The position numbers and the translations under genes were made by a program. Shown here piece after piece: positions 56,446 to 64,000 of a stretch of DNA of 64,000 bases; position 1 is the first letter of the stretch, and each line of letters opens with the position of its first letter. The notes below the pieces were generated by a model, which did no database searches, was not told the DNA's origin, and saw only the letters and a list, made by a program, of their open reading frames with translations. This stretch comes from a candidate division FCPU426 bacterium (GTDB lineage Bacteria; Oederibacteriota; Muellerivitia; Muellerivitales; Muellerivitaceae), in contig PLZG01000054.1 of assembly GCA_003152075.1 (NCBI GenBank), forward strand, positions 21,067 to 85,066, given 5' to 3'.

Positions 56446-57489
56446 ATGGAAATACTCCTCCTTCGGCTCGACCGCATCGGCGATTTTATGCTCGGTGTTC
56501 CCGCTTTCCGGGCTTTGCGGAAAGCCTATCCCGACGACCGTATCACGGTCGTGGTTCCCTCCGACGTGGCCGAACTGGCCAAGGCCTGCCCCTACTTTGA
56601 CGAAGTTTACCTTTACGACGCCATGTGGCTTTTACCGGGCCACTCGCCCCTGGACCGGTGGAAATCGGCTTGGAAGCTCATCAAATTTCTTCGCTCCAAG
56701 AAAGCGGACATGGTTCTCGACTTCCGCTACCAGAGCCGGTTGGATCCCCTCGTGACCGGTCTTTCCGGCGGCTCCAAGCGGGTGGGGTTCGACCTAGGCT
56801 GGGTGAGCCAATGCCTAACTCAAAAAGTTTCCAAGCCCGCCCCGGAACTTCACCAAGTGGACCGCAACCTGCATCTTTTGCAGGCGATCGGGATCACCGC
56901 ATCCAGCCGCCAATTGGAAATGTGGTTCGACGAACACGATAGGAAAACCGCTGAGAACCACTTGCCCACCCAGGAACTTTTGCCAGGTATGCCCCGTTTG
57001 GCCGTTCATATCGGTGCCGCGACGCCTTCCAAAAGGTGGCGGGGAGAAAGTTTCGAGGTGCTCATCCATGAGCTTCATGCCTTAACCCAAGCCGACATTC
57101 TGGTCCTGGGCGGGGAAAAGGATTTGGATTTCGCCCATGAGGTGTTGGACGGCCTGGAATGCCCGGTGATCAACCTAGTGGGGAAGCTGAGCCTGCGACA
57201 AATGGCAGCAGTATTGAAGCATTGCCAGGTCTTTATCGGTTGTGATTCGGGGGCCACCCACGTGGCGGCGGCGGTTGGTGTGCCGGTGGTGAGCCTTTTT
57301 TCGGCGGCCAATGAGGTGGAGGTTTGGAAACCCTGGGCCCAGAAGGTGAAGGTTCTCACGAAACATCCGGCTTGTTCCCCTTGCCATAGTTTTGAATGCA
57401 CCCGCACCGACGGTTATTTCTGCATGGCGGAAATCAAAGTGGAAGATGTAGTGGCGGAGGTGAAGACTTTTTTGGAAGAGCACCACTGA
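56446..57489 (+). CDS. GT9-family glycosyltransferase (LPS heptosyltransferase-like)
   Basis: ILLLRLDRIGDFMLGVPAFRALRKAYP N-terminal signature of the heptosyltransferase family. Confidence 0.75.
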   Translation: MEILLLRLDRIGDFMLGVPAFRALRKAYPDDRITVVVPSDVAELAKACPYFDEVYLYDAMWLLPGHSPLDRWKSAWKLIKFLRSKKADMVLDFRYQSRLDPLVTGLSGGSKRVGFDLGWVSQCLTQKVSKPAPELHQVDRNLHLLQAIGITASSRQLEMWFDEHDRKTAENHLPTQELLPGMPRLAVHIGAATPSKRWRGESFEVLIHELHALTQADILVLGGEKDLDFAHEVLDGLECPVINLVGKLSLRQMAAVLKHCQVFIGCDSGATHVAAAVGVPVVSLFSAANEVEVWKPWAQKVKVLTKHPACSPCHSFECTRTDGYFCMAEIKVEDVVAEVKTFLEEHH

Positions 57490-57551
57490 AAGAAATGGAA
57501 ATTATTTACTTTGCAAAGCATTCAAATAGTTAAGTCTGGTTTTCGATATTT

Positions 57552-57648
57552 CCCCCTCTCCCTAGAAGGGAGAGGGCCGGGGTGAGGGTGGTAACCACTG
57601 GCTGACAACACCCCTCACCCTACCCTCTCCCGCAAGGGGCGAGGGTTT
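57552..57648. repeat. pair of family-A repeats in inverted orientation (long hairpin) between convergent genes
   Basis: The forward variant at 57552..57590 and the reverse canonical copy at 57611..57648 can pair. They sit between the GT9 stop and the pseudouridine synthase stop, so probably act as a bidirectional terminator. Confidence 0.7.
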
Positions 57649-57686
57649 TTCGGTGTGCTTTGCCAAACGCGTAGTCTCGAAAGAAA

Positions 57687-58259
57687 TTAAACCAGTAGCA
57701 ACTCGTCATCGGGCGTGAGGAAGCGCCACTTACCCGATTCCACATCCAGGTTCAACCCACCGATCCGAATCCGTTTCAATTCCAGAACCTTCAAGGCTGT
57801 TTTGAATTTTGTGTCCTTGAGGCTGCCAAATAATCGGCGGATATGGCGGTTCTTGCCTTCGGCCAATACCACTTCCAGCTTGGTTTTGTGCCCGGCCCCG
57901 CCGGTGATGCTGACCTGAAAAGCTTTCAACACTTCTCCCGAGTTTTCCACGCCCTTCAAAGCTTGTTTAATGTGGGCGTCGGTGACCAGGCCCCTCACCC
58001 AAACCTCGTAGGTCTTTCGGCATCCTCCTGGTTTGTTGATCTGGTCGGCCAGCTTGCCATTGCGGGTGAAGAGAAGAAGGCCCTTGGAATCCAGGTCCAA
58101 GCGACCCACGGGCTTCCAATTGTCCTGATAGGCCCATTCGGGCAGAAGGGCGTAAACGGTCTTGCGGTCCTTCTCGTCGGAGCGGGTGACCACATAGCCC
58201 TTGGGTTTGTTCAGCATGAGGAATTTCGCGTTGGTGTTTGGGGTTTTTTCAGTTGTCAT
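57687..58259 (-). CDS. pseudouridine synthase, RsuA/RluE family (no S4 domain)
   Basis: GRLDLDSKGLLLFTRNG catalytic motif; 190 aa. Confidence 0.8.
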   Translation of the reverse strand: MTTEKTPNTNAKFLMLNKPKGYVVTRSDEKDRKTVYALLPEWAYQDNWKPVGRLDLDSKGLLLFTRNGKLADQINKPGGCRKTYEVWVRGLVTDAHIKQALKGVENSGEVLKAFQVSITGGAGHKTKLEVVLAEGKNRHIRRLFGSLKDTKFKTALKVLELKRIRIGGLNLDVESGKWRFLTPDDELLLV

Positions 58260-59665
58260 TGGATTCCTTGAAATATTTTTTCGGCGGCGGCCTGCCCCGC
58301 CGCGATGCAGTCGGGAATTCCAACACCCTTAAGCCCGTTGCCTGCCAGGTAAAGGCCCTTGGTTTCGGTGGCCTTTTGTTCGATCCGGGAAACCTGGCTC
58401 AAGTGGCCGGGCCTGAAGTATGACATGGAAGCATTATAGGTAGCCAGGTGGTGAACGACCGGCCTGTCGCGCAAATTCAAGATTGGTTTTAACTCCTCCA
58501 ACACTTTCTCTAATACGGCCGATTCCCCTTGGGCCTTGACCTGTTCCACCGCCTCTTGCCCGAGGAATGCTCTTAACAGAACGTAGCCCTCGGGCGCGCG
58601 GCCCTCGAACTTTTGGCTGGCGAAGGTACAGCCCACGACCAGCTTCTTCTCACGCGAAGGCACCACGAATCCAAAGCCGTCCAGGGGATGGTTCACGTCC
58701 TGGCGGCGGAATCCCAGGTTCAGGGTGGCGGAGTCATGGGCGGGAATGCCTGACAAGAGCTTGTCCCATTCCTTGTCCAGGGCACCGATCAAGGGCCTAA
58801 TCTTGGCGGGTTGGATGGCCAAGATAACCGCATCCACTTCCTGGGACCGACTGTTGGCTGAAACTTCCCAGGTCCCATGGTCGGTGGGCTTCAAGGAATC
58901 CACGGGACTTTGGAGCCACATGGATTCGGAGGGGATTTGAGAAACCAGGGCATTGGCGAAACTTTCCATTCCTTTTTTGAAACTCACGAAGAGGGAATAG
59001 CGGGCGCCCGAAACCTGGGCCTGTTTTTTGATGCGGTTGGCCGCCATTGCTTTAAGCAGGGAGCCAAACTTTTTTTCCATTTCCTTGAAACGGGGCATGC
59101 AGGCGGAAAGGCTCAGGTCATCGGGGTCGGCGTTATAGACGCCGCCGATCAAGGGTTGGGCCAGGTTATCCAACACCTCACGGCCCAAGCGACGCCTGAC
59201 GAATTGGCCCACGCTTTCGTCCTGGGGGTCCTTGCGGACCTTAATAAAGGGTTCCATCGCCGCGCGCAACTTGCCCAAGGGGGAAAGAAGGGGGGTGGTC
59301 ATGAGTGGCCAAAGGCGGGAAGGGGCCAAAAGGTAGAAACCCTCGGGGATAGGGAATAAACGGTGACCCTTTAATATGAAGGACTGCTTGAGGGTCTGGT
59401 TCGTTTTGATGAGCTGGTCTTCCAGACCCAGTTTCTTGCAAAGTTCCAGGCCCGCGGGCTTTTCGGTGATGAAGCAGTCCGGGCCTTCTTCCATGAGAAA
59501 GCCGTTGTTCTCAATGGTGCTCAGGGTGCCGCCCGCTTTGTTGCCGGCGTCCAGGATGTTCAACTCAAGGGGAATTTGCTTTTCCTTGGAGAGCTCCAAA
59601 AGGCGGTGGGCGGCGGCGAGGCCGCTGATTCCCGCCCCAATGACCGTAACACGTAAGGGGTTCAT
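58256..59665 (-). CDS. hemY: protoporphyrinogen/coproporphyrinogen III oxidase, HemY (CgoX)-type
   Basis: VTVIGAGISGLAAA FAD motif; ..IPLELNILDAG.., ..LLRAFLGQE.., ..GVGIPDCIAAGQAA.. resemble Bacillus HemY. Confidence 0.85.
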   Translation of the reverse strand: MNPLRVTVIGAGISGLAAAHRLLELSKEKQIPLELNILDAGNKAGGTLSTIENNGFLMEEGPDCFITEKPAGLELCKKLGLEDQLIKTNQTLKQSFILKGHRLFPIPEGFYLLAPSRLWPLMTTPLLSPLGKLRAAMEPFIKVRKDPQDESVGQFVRRRLGREVLDNLAQPLIGGVYNADPDDLSLSACMPRFKEMEKKFGSLLKAMAANRIKKQAQVSGARYSLFVSFKKGMESFANALVSQIPSESMWLQSPVDSLKPTDHGTWEVSANSRSQEVDAVILAIQPAKIRPLIGALDKEWDKLLSGIPAHDSATLNLGFRRQDVNHPLDGFGFVVPSREKKLVVGCTFASQKFEGRAPEGYVLLRAFLGQEAVEQVKAQGESAVLEKVLEELKPILNLRDRPVVHHLATYNASMSYFRPGHLSQVSRIEQKATETKGLYLAGNGLKGVGIPDCIAAGQAAAEKIFQGIQ

Positions 59666-59750
59666 TTAAAGTCCAATTTTGAATGACTGAAAATTCTCGA
59701 TGGTTTAGCCATCGAGAATTTACCACAATTCATAATTATAAATTCATAAT

Positions 59751-60734
59751 TCATAATTGCTGGCCTCCCTGGTCGATGCCTTCCTCGACAAGGGAGGCCA
59801 GCATGGCGATAAAAGAAGGGTGGGTGCCCACGGTTTTAGCCCGCACCATATGCAGCCCCTTCCACTTGGCCTTGTCGGCGGCTAGCACATCGATGTCGTA
59901 AAGCACTTCCACGTGGTCCACCAGGAAACCAATGGGTGCCACCACGCAAGCGGCCAAGGTCTCGTAAGTGCGCCGGTCGAGGAATCCGGTGAGGTCGGGT
60001 TCCAGCCAAACCTCCTCAGGCCGGCCGCTGCGGCTGGTGAAGGCGGTCTGGTAATAGGGCATCCCCACCTTTTGGGTCACCAGCTGGCAGGTTTCCTCGA
60101 ACTGGTGGGAATAGGGGGACTTATGGGCCATGGCCTTTGGAATACTGTGGGCCACCAGGATTAACTCGGCCCGGTGACGGGACTTTTCTTCCTCGCTTAA
60201 CTGGGCGTAGGCCTCTTGGACATGCTGGGCGATGGCATTGATGAAGCCCGGGCGGTTATGCCATTCGGGGGTATAGGTGATTTCGGGCACAGGTAACCCC
60301 TGGCCCTTGATTGACTCAAGTGCTTCGTCCACCCTTGTGACATATTTATCGTAAGACGCCGGACTGCGGTGGGGAGCCATGACGATGGCGAATATTTTGG
60401 TTTTGCCCTGCTTGGCCAGCTCGGTCAGGGTGTCAGCGATACGGGGAGCGTAATGGGCAAAGCCTACCTGAACCGGGATTTCGAGGCCCCGTGAAGACAA
60501 AAGTTTCTCCAGGGCCTGGGCTTGTTCCTTGGTGAGACGGTTATAGGGGGAAACACCGCCGATTTTTTCGTATTGCTTGGCCACCAGCTTCAGGCGCTCG
60601 GGAGGAATATCCTTGCCCCGGGTGACGTCCTCTAGGAAGGGAATGACATCCTCGGGCTTTTCAGGTCCACCATAACCGATGAGTAGGACAGCGTCGTAAT
60701 TCAAAACAAACCTTTCACAGAGTTTTACCGCCAA
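59751..60734 (-). CDS. hemH: ferrochelatase, Bacillus/CpfC-like
   Basis: LLIGYGGPE, ILVAHSIPK, PIGFLVDHVEVLYDID. The real start is probably the TTG at ~60704, preceded by GAAAGG. Confidence 0.85.
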   Translation of the reverse strand: MAVKLCERFVLNYDAVLLIGYGGPEKPEDVIPFLEDVTRGKDIPPERLKLVAKQYEKIGGVSPYNRLTKEQAQALEKLLSSRGLEIPVQVGFAHYAPRIADTLTELAKQGKTKIFAIVMAPHRSPASYDKYVTRVDEALESIKGQGLPVPEITYTPEWHNRPGFINAIAQHVQEAYAQLSEEEKSRHRAELILVAHSIPKAMAHKSPYSHQFEETCQLVTQKVGMPYYQTAFTSRSGRPEEVWLEPDLTGFLDRRTYETLAACVVAPIGFLVDHVEVLYDIDVLAADKAKWKGLHMVRAKTVGTHPSFIAMLASLVEEGIDQGGQQL

Positions 60735-60865
60735 GACGCCAAGTTCGCCAAGAAAGGCGAAATAATAAATATGTTTTCTCGCACATTGATGTTAACAAAA
60801 CATTTAATATTTTGTGTTTTTCCGGTTATTACTTGGCGATCTTGGCGTCTTGGCGGTGAAAAGCC
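60727..60865. repeat. family-B inverted-repeat element between hemDE stop and hemH start
   Basis: accgccaagacgccaagttcgccaag ... cttggcgatcttggcgtcttggcggtgaaaag, a nearly perfect IR around an AT-rich spacer. Confidence 0.65.
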
Positions 60866-62794
60866 TTAGGGTTTCCATGCCTTTACCGTTTCGATCAACG
60901 AGTGCACGTTATCTACCGGGGTTTGGGGCAGGATGCCGTGGCCCAGGTTAAAGATATGGCCAGGCTTGCCGCCCGCCATCCGCAGGATTTTCTCGGCTTC
61001 CACCTTAATCTTATCCGGATTGGTCAAAAGCACGGTGGGGTCCAGGTTGCCTTGGATAGCTACATTGCCCAGCTGTTTCCAGGCCTTGTCCAGGTCCACG
61101 TGCCAATCCACGCCGATGACCGTCGCGCCCGTATCCTTCAACCAGGGGAAGAAAGGCTCGGTTTGGGTGCCGAAGTAAATAATGGGAACACCAGGTTTCA
61201 AACCTTTAATAAGGGCTTTCAAATAGGGCAGCACCAGTCTTTGGAACTCGTCGGGCGCGAGGATGCCCACCCAGGAATCAAATAACTGGATGGCCTGGGC
61301 TCCGGCGGTTATCTGGGCATTCAGGTAGGAAATCGTGGAAGCCACCAGCCGCTTCATCAACTCGTCCCAAAGGACAATATCGCCCAGGACAGCCCTTGTA
61401 TGGAAGTAATCCTTGGAGCCGCCCCCTTCTATGACATAAGAGGCCAAGGTGAAAGGCGCGCCCGCGAAACCGATGAGGGGAATGTCCGGCTTCAAGCGCG
61501 CCCGGATTTGATGGATCGCTTCCATCACATAACCAAGTTCTTCCTCGGCGTCAAAATCCCTCATTCGTTTCATGTCGGAGGCCACTCGGAAGGGATTGCG
61601 GATGACGGGTCCCCCGCTTTCCACGAATTCCAATTGAAAGCCCATCGGTTCAGTAATTAGGAGAATGTCGGCGAAGAGAATGGCGGCATCCACACCCAAC
61701 TCTTGTTGGGCATGCACGGTTACCTCGGCGGCCAGGTCGGGGTTTTTGCAGAGGTCCAGGAAAGAAACCATGGCGCGGATTTGACGGTACTGGGGCATGT
61801 AACGGCCCGCCTGGCGCATAATCCAAATCGGCGTGCGGGGTACGGCCTCACGTCGGCAAGCCTTTAAGAACAAGCTGTCCTGAAGAAGGGTAACGGGGTT
61901 TTTGAGGGTGGGGGTGGAAACGCGAATGGGGGTGGAATCTTTCTTTTTTAAAAGATCCTGGCTCTTCTCGGCGGCTTCCCTGACCAAGAAACCCATTTTG
62001 GGATGCTCTGGTTCGAAGTCCGGGGTGACTCCCTCGCTTTTGAGCGCCTCGGTCGTCACGGGACCAATGGAGCCGATCACCATTTTCGAGAAGGCTTCCC
62101 TTAATTCCGTCTCCCGGTGTAATTCCTGGGCCACTTGGATTACGTTGTGGATCTGTTGGCCGCTGGTGAAAAGGGCCACTTGAACATCGCCCCGCATGAT
62201 GTTTTGAATGAGGCTCATGAGGGGTTTGGTATCTTCCGGCAGGGCCCAGCGGTAAACGGGAACGCTGGTGACATCCTTCGCCCCACGGTCCTTGAGGGCC
62301 TGGATCAACTCGGGATTGGGAACGCCGTATTCCTGGACGGCGACTTTGAGTTTCTTAATGGACTTGTAATCATCCAGGGTTGTCAGGACTTCACGCCAGG
62401 TATTGGGCTCGGGAACGATGACCGAGGCTTTTAATCCGTAATCGCTCAGGGCCTTCACCGTTTTGGGGCCGCGGGCGACCATGGTTAATAACTTAAAGGC
62501 CTTGTTGATGTGACTCTTGGGATACTTGGACTCAATGGCCTGGAATAGGGTGGTGGTGCCGACACCGGTCATGAAAATGACTACGTCCAGATACCCTTGC
62601 TGAAGGTTTTCAAAAAAATCGAAGGCGGCTTTGTTTTGGTAGAGGGGAATTTCCCTCATGGAAGGGGCCACCTGGGGTTTGCCCCCATGGCGGGTAATCA
62701 GGTCTTCCATTTCCTTGGTCTTGCGGCTCTCGAAGGCTGCGACAGTTAGGCCTTCCAGGCCGTGGCTTTCGATTTCATTAAGGGTGGGGGGCAT
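60866..62794 (-). CDS. hemDE: fused uroporphyrinogen-III synthase / uroporphyrinogen decarboxylase
   Basis: 642 aa. The first ~300 aa have the HemD-like repeated flavodoxin-like halves. The C-terminal ~340 aa have PIWIMRQAGRYMPQY and the HemE (URO-D) fold. Confidence 0.8.
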   Translation of the reverse strand: MPPTLNEIESHGLEGLTVAAFESRKTKEMEDLITRHGGKPQVAPSMREIPLYQNKAAFDFFENLQQGYLDVVIFMTGVGTTTLFQAIESKYPKSHINKAFKLLTMVARGPKTVKALSDYGLKASVIVPEPNTWREVLTTLDDYKSIKKLKVAVQEYGVPNPELIQALKDRGAKDVTSVPVYRWALPEDTKPLMSLIQNIMRGDVQVALFTSGQQIHNVIQVAQELHRETELREAFSKMVIGSIGPVTTEALKSEGVTPDFEPEHPKMGFLVREAAEKSQDLLKKKDSTPIRVSTPTLKNPVTLLQDSLFLKACRREAVPRTPIWIMRQAGRYMPQYRQIRAMVSFLDLCKNPDLAAEVTVHAQQELGVDAAILFADILLITEPMGFQLEFVESGGPVIRNPFRVASDMKRMRDFDAEEELGYVMEAIHQIRARLKPDIPLIGFAGAPFTLASYVIEGGGSKDYFHTRAVLGDIVLWDELMKRLVASTISYLNAQITAGAQAIQLFDSWVGILAPDEFQRLVLPYLKALIKGLKPGVPIIYFGTQTEPFFPWLKDTGATVIGVDWHVDLDKAWKQLGNVAIQGNLDPTVLLTNPDKIKVEAEKILRMAGGKPGHIFNLGHGILPQTPVDNVHSLIETVKAWKP

Positions 62795-62861
62795 TCCACT
62801 TTACCTTTGAACTGGGATGGGGTATGAGAGGTTAAGTATAAAAGCTCTCGAGGGTTTTTAA

Positions 62862-63437
62862 TTGAAAAAATTCATCGGATTATTCGTCCAAGGAATTGGG
62901 CTCGGATTGGGCCTCGGTCTTTGCCTTGCCGGGCTGGTGGCCTTGATATACAGGGCGGCCCACAGCGGGGAAGTGAACCTTCATTTTGAGCACACCGCCA
63001 TTTACTTCCTGGTGGTAGGCGGCTTGATGGGTGTAATCGGGGGATGGTGCCTGTCCCTTCAGATGATCCTGGGGGGCCTGCTATCCACGTTATTCCTCAA
63101 AATAGCCGAGCTGGTTCCCATGCCCGCCCAAGTGGTGGGAGAGGAATGGGCGAAAAAAATGGAAACCTTCTTCCGCGAAATCATCCAACCTTTTCCCGGC
63201 TTCTTCCGGAAATTCATCGAGTGGATTTTCATCCTGCGTTTTGAGGATTTCGGGCGAATCAACCGAGCCTTGGACAAGGCGAAGAGAAAAGGGGACACGG
63301 AAAGGGCCAACACCCAGTGGATGTCGATGGTAGTTCTGCATTACCTCTTGGAGCCTTTGTGGCTCTTCTTTTACGCGGCCTATGTTATTCTTTTACTGAT
63401 CAGTTGTGTTTTCTGGAGTTTTCCGTTTTTCGGATAA
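62862..63437 (+). CDS. hypothetical integral membrane protein
   Basis: 4-5 TM helices; no motif recognised. Confidence 0.4.
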   Translation: MKKFIGLFVQGIGLGLGLGLCLAGLVALIYRAAHSGEVNLHFEHTAIYFLVVGGLMGVIGGWCLSLQMILGGLLSTLFLKIAELVPMPAQVVGEEWAKKMETFFREIIQPFPGFFRKFIEWIFILRFEDFGRINRALDKAKRKGDTERANTQWMSMVVLHYLLEPLWLFFYAAYVILLLISCVFWSFPFFG

Positions 63438-63451
63438 AGACAAAGGAAGTT

Positions 63452-63560
63452 TGAACCACCAAGGCACCAAGGGCACCAAGAACTGCGAAAGTAAAAATCT
63501 TTATGGTTTTCAGAAAAAAATCCTTCCTTGGTGCCCTTGGTGCCTTGGTGGTGAAAAAGG
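63452..63560. repeat. family-B inverted-repeat element
   Basis: tgaaccaccaaggcaccaagggcaccaag ... ccttggtgcccttggtgccttggtggtgaaaaagg; ends 7 nt before the ATG at 63567. Confidence 0.65.
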
Positions 63561-63566
63561 TTTTGA

Positions 63567-64000
63567 ATGTCTGATCTTTACCAAAAATGGAAGTCCCTGC
63601 AGTCCCATTGGGATGACGACGAGTTTCTCAAATCCCTCACGTCTTTAATGAAACTTCGCTATCGCAGGCTGGACGAGAAGGCGGCGGGAATATTTGAAGA
63701 TGCCTTTAAGAGCTTAGAAAAACCATTCTTAGTAGATGTGGGTTGTGGCCGGGCGGAGTTCGCGGCCTTCTTGCGGGAACGTTGGAGGGATGTTGCGAGT
63801 AACCAAAGTGACATTTGGAACTATCTGGGCATTGAGCCATCGGCGGAACAATTAAAGCAAAGGGATATTCCTAATATGGGGCTAGGCGTTGTCCAGGCCA
63901 CGGCGGAAGCCCTTCCTCTACCCGATATGATGGCCCATGGTGTCTTAATAAAAGAAGCCATCGACCACTGTTACGATCCGGCCAAGGTTTTTCAGGAAGC
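63567..64000 (+). CDS. class I SAM-dependent methyltransferase (5' part, runs off the window)
   Basis: ATG at 63567 and an open frame to the window end; LVDVGCGRAEFAAFL motif I. Confidence 0.6.
   Translation, partial: MSDLYQKWKSLQSHWDDDEFLKSLTSLMKLRYRRLDEKAAGIFEDAFKSLEKPFLVDVGCGRAEFAAFLRERWRDVASNQSDIWNYLGIEPSAEQLKQRDIPNMGLGVVQATAEALPLPDMMAHGVLIKEAIDHCYDPAKVFQE

Noticed and set aside
1-64000. Prophage, integrase, transposase, tRNA or rRNA signals
   Set aside because: No tRNA-like cloverleaf candidates, integrase or transposase motifs, or rRNA-like conserved stretches were recognised. The AT-rich islet lacks flanking direct repeats or a tRNA that I could see.

Overview
This is a gene-dense bacterial chromosomal window of roughly 55% GC. 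It contains no rRNA, tRNA, CRISPR array, integrase or transposase. Coordinates I derived by hand (repeats, motifs, refined starts) may be off by 1-2 nt; the ORF-track coordinates are used as given. Main blocks are as follows. (1) 123..2167: a small secreted AKK-repeat protein, terminators, and ilvD. (2) 2319..16929 on the minus strand: an ~12-kb cell-envelope glycosylation operon with a GT4 glycosyltransferase, a flippase-like protein, a GT2 polyprenyl-phosphate sugar synthase-like protein, three paralogous YfhO-like polytopic membrane proteins, an FkbM methyltransferase and dapF; it is preceded by two secreted lipoproteins with duplicated concanavalin-A-like domains. (3) 17077..22679 and 43952..56236: two paralogous modules, each with a FadL/PorV-like outer-membrane barrel carrying a C-terminal TPR tail, and an ECF sigma / anti-sigma pair whose anti-sigma periplasmic domain is the same FlgD-Ig / T9SS-CTD-like domain that tags neighbouring secreted beta-propeller proteins (SBBP, NHL, Kelch), which have long Thr/Pro-rich linkers, and a 1289-aa mucin-like giant. 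(4) 22972..30256: a stress/detox cluster with pirin, DUF899 plus a DUF2182-like protein, MerR, a VOC protein, and ArsR with two SRPBCC proteins. (5) 30850..32340: an AT-rich islet of small hypotheticals, including a Cys4 HNH-like protein. (6) 32327..40037: a sugar-modification operon with two class-B B12-binding radical SAM enzymes, UDP-xylose synthase, a methyltransferase and an NHL protein. (7) DksA-like, LemA and an M48 peptidase. (8) GT9, a pseudouridine synthase, and a Bacillus-type hemY-hemH-hemE block in which hemD is fused to hemE. Two families of intergenic repeats recur throughout: a ~40-nt GC-rich hairpin element (6 loci) and a ~100-130-nt inverted-repeat element with triple CTTGGYG arms ending in GGTGAAAA (7 loci).
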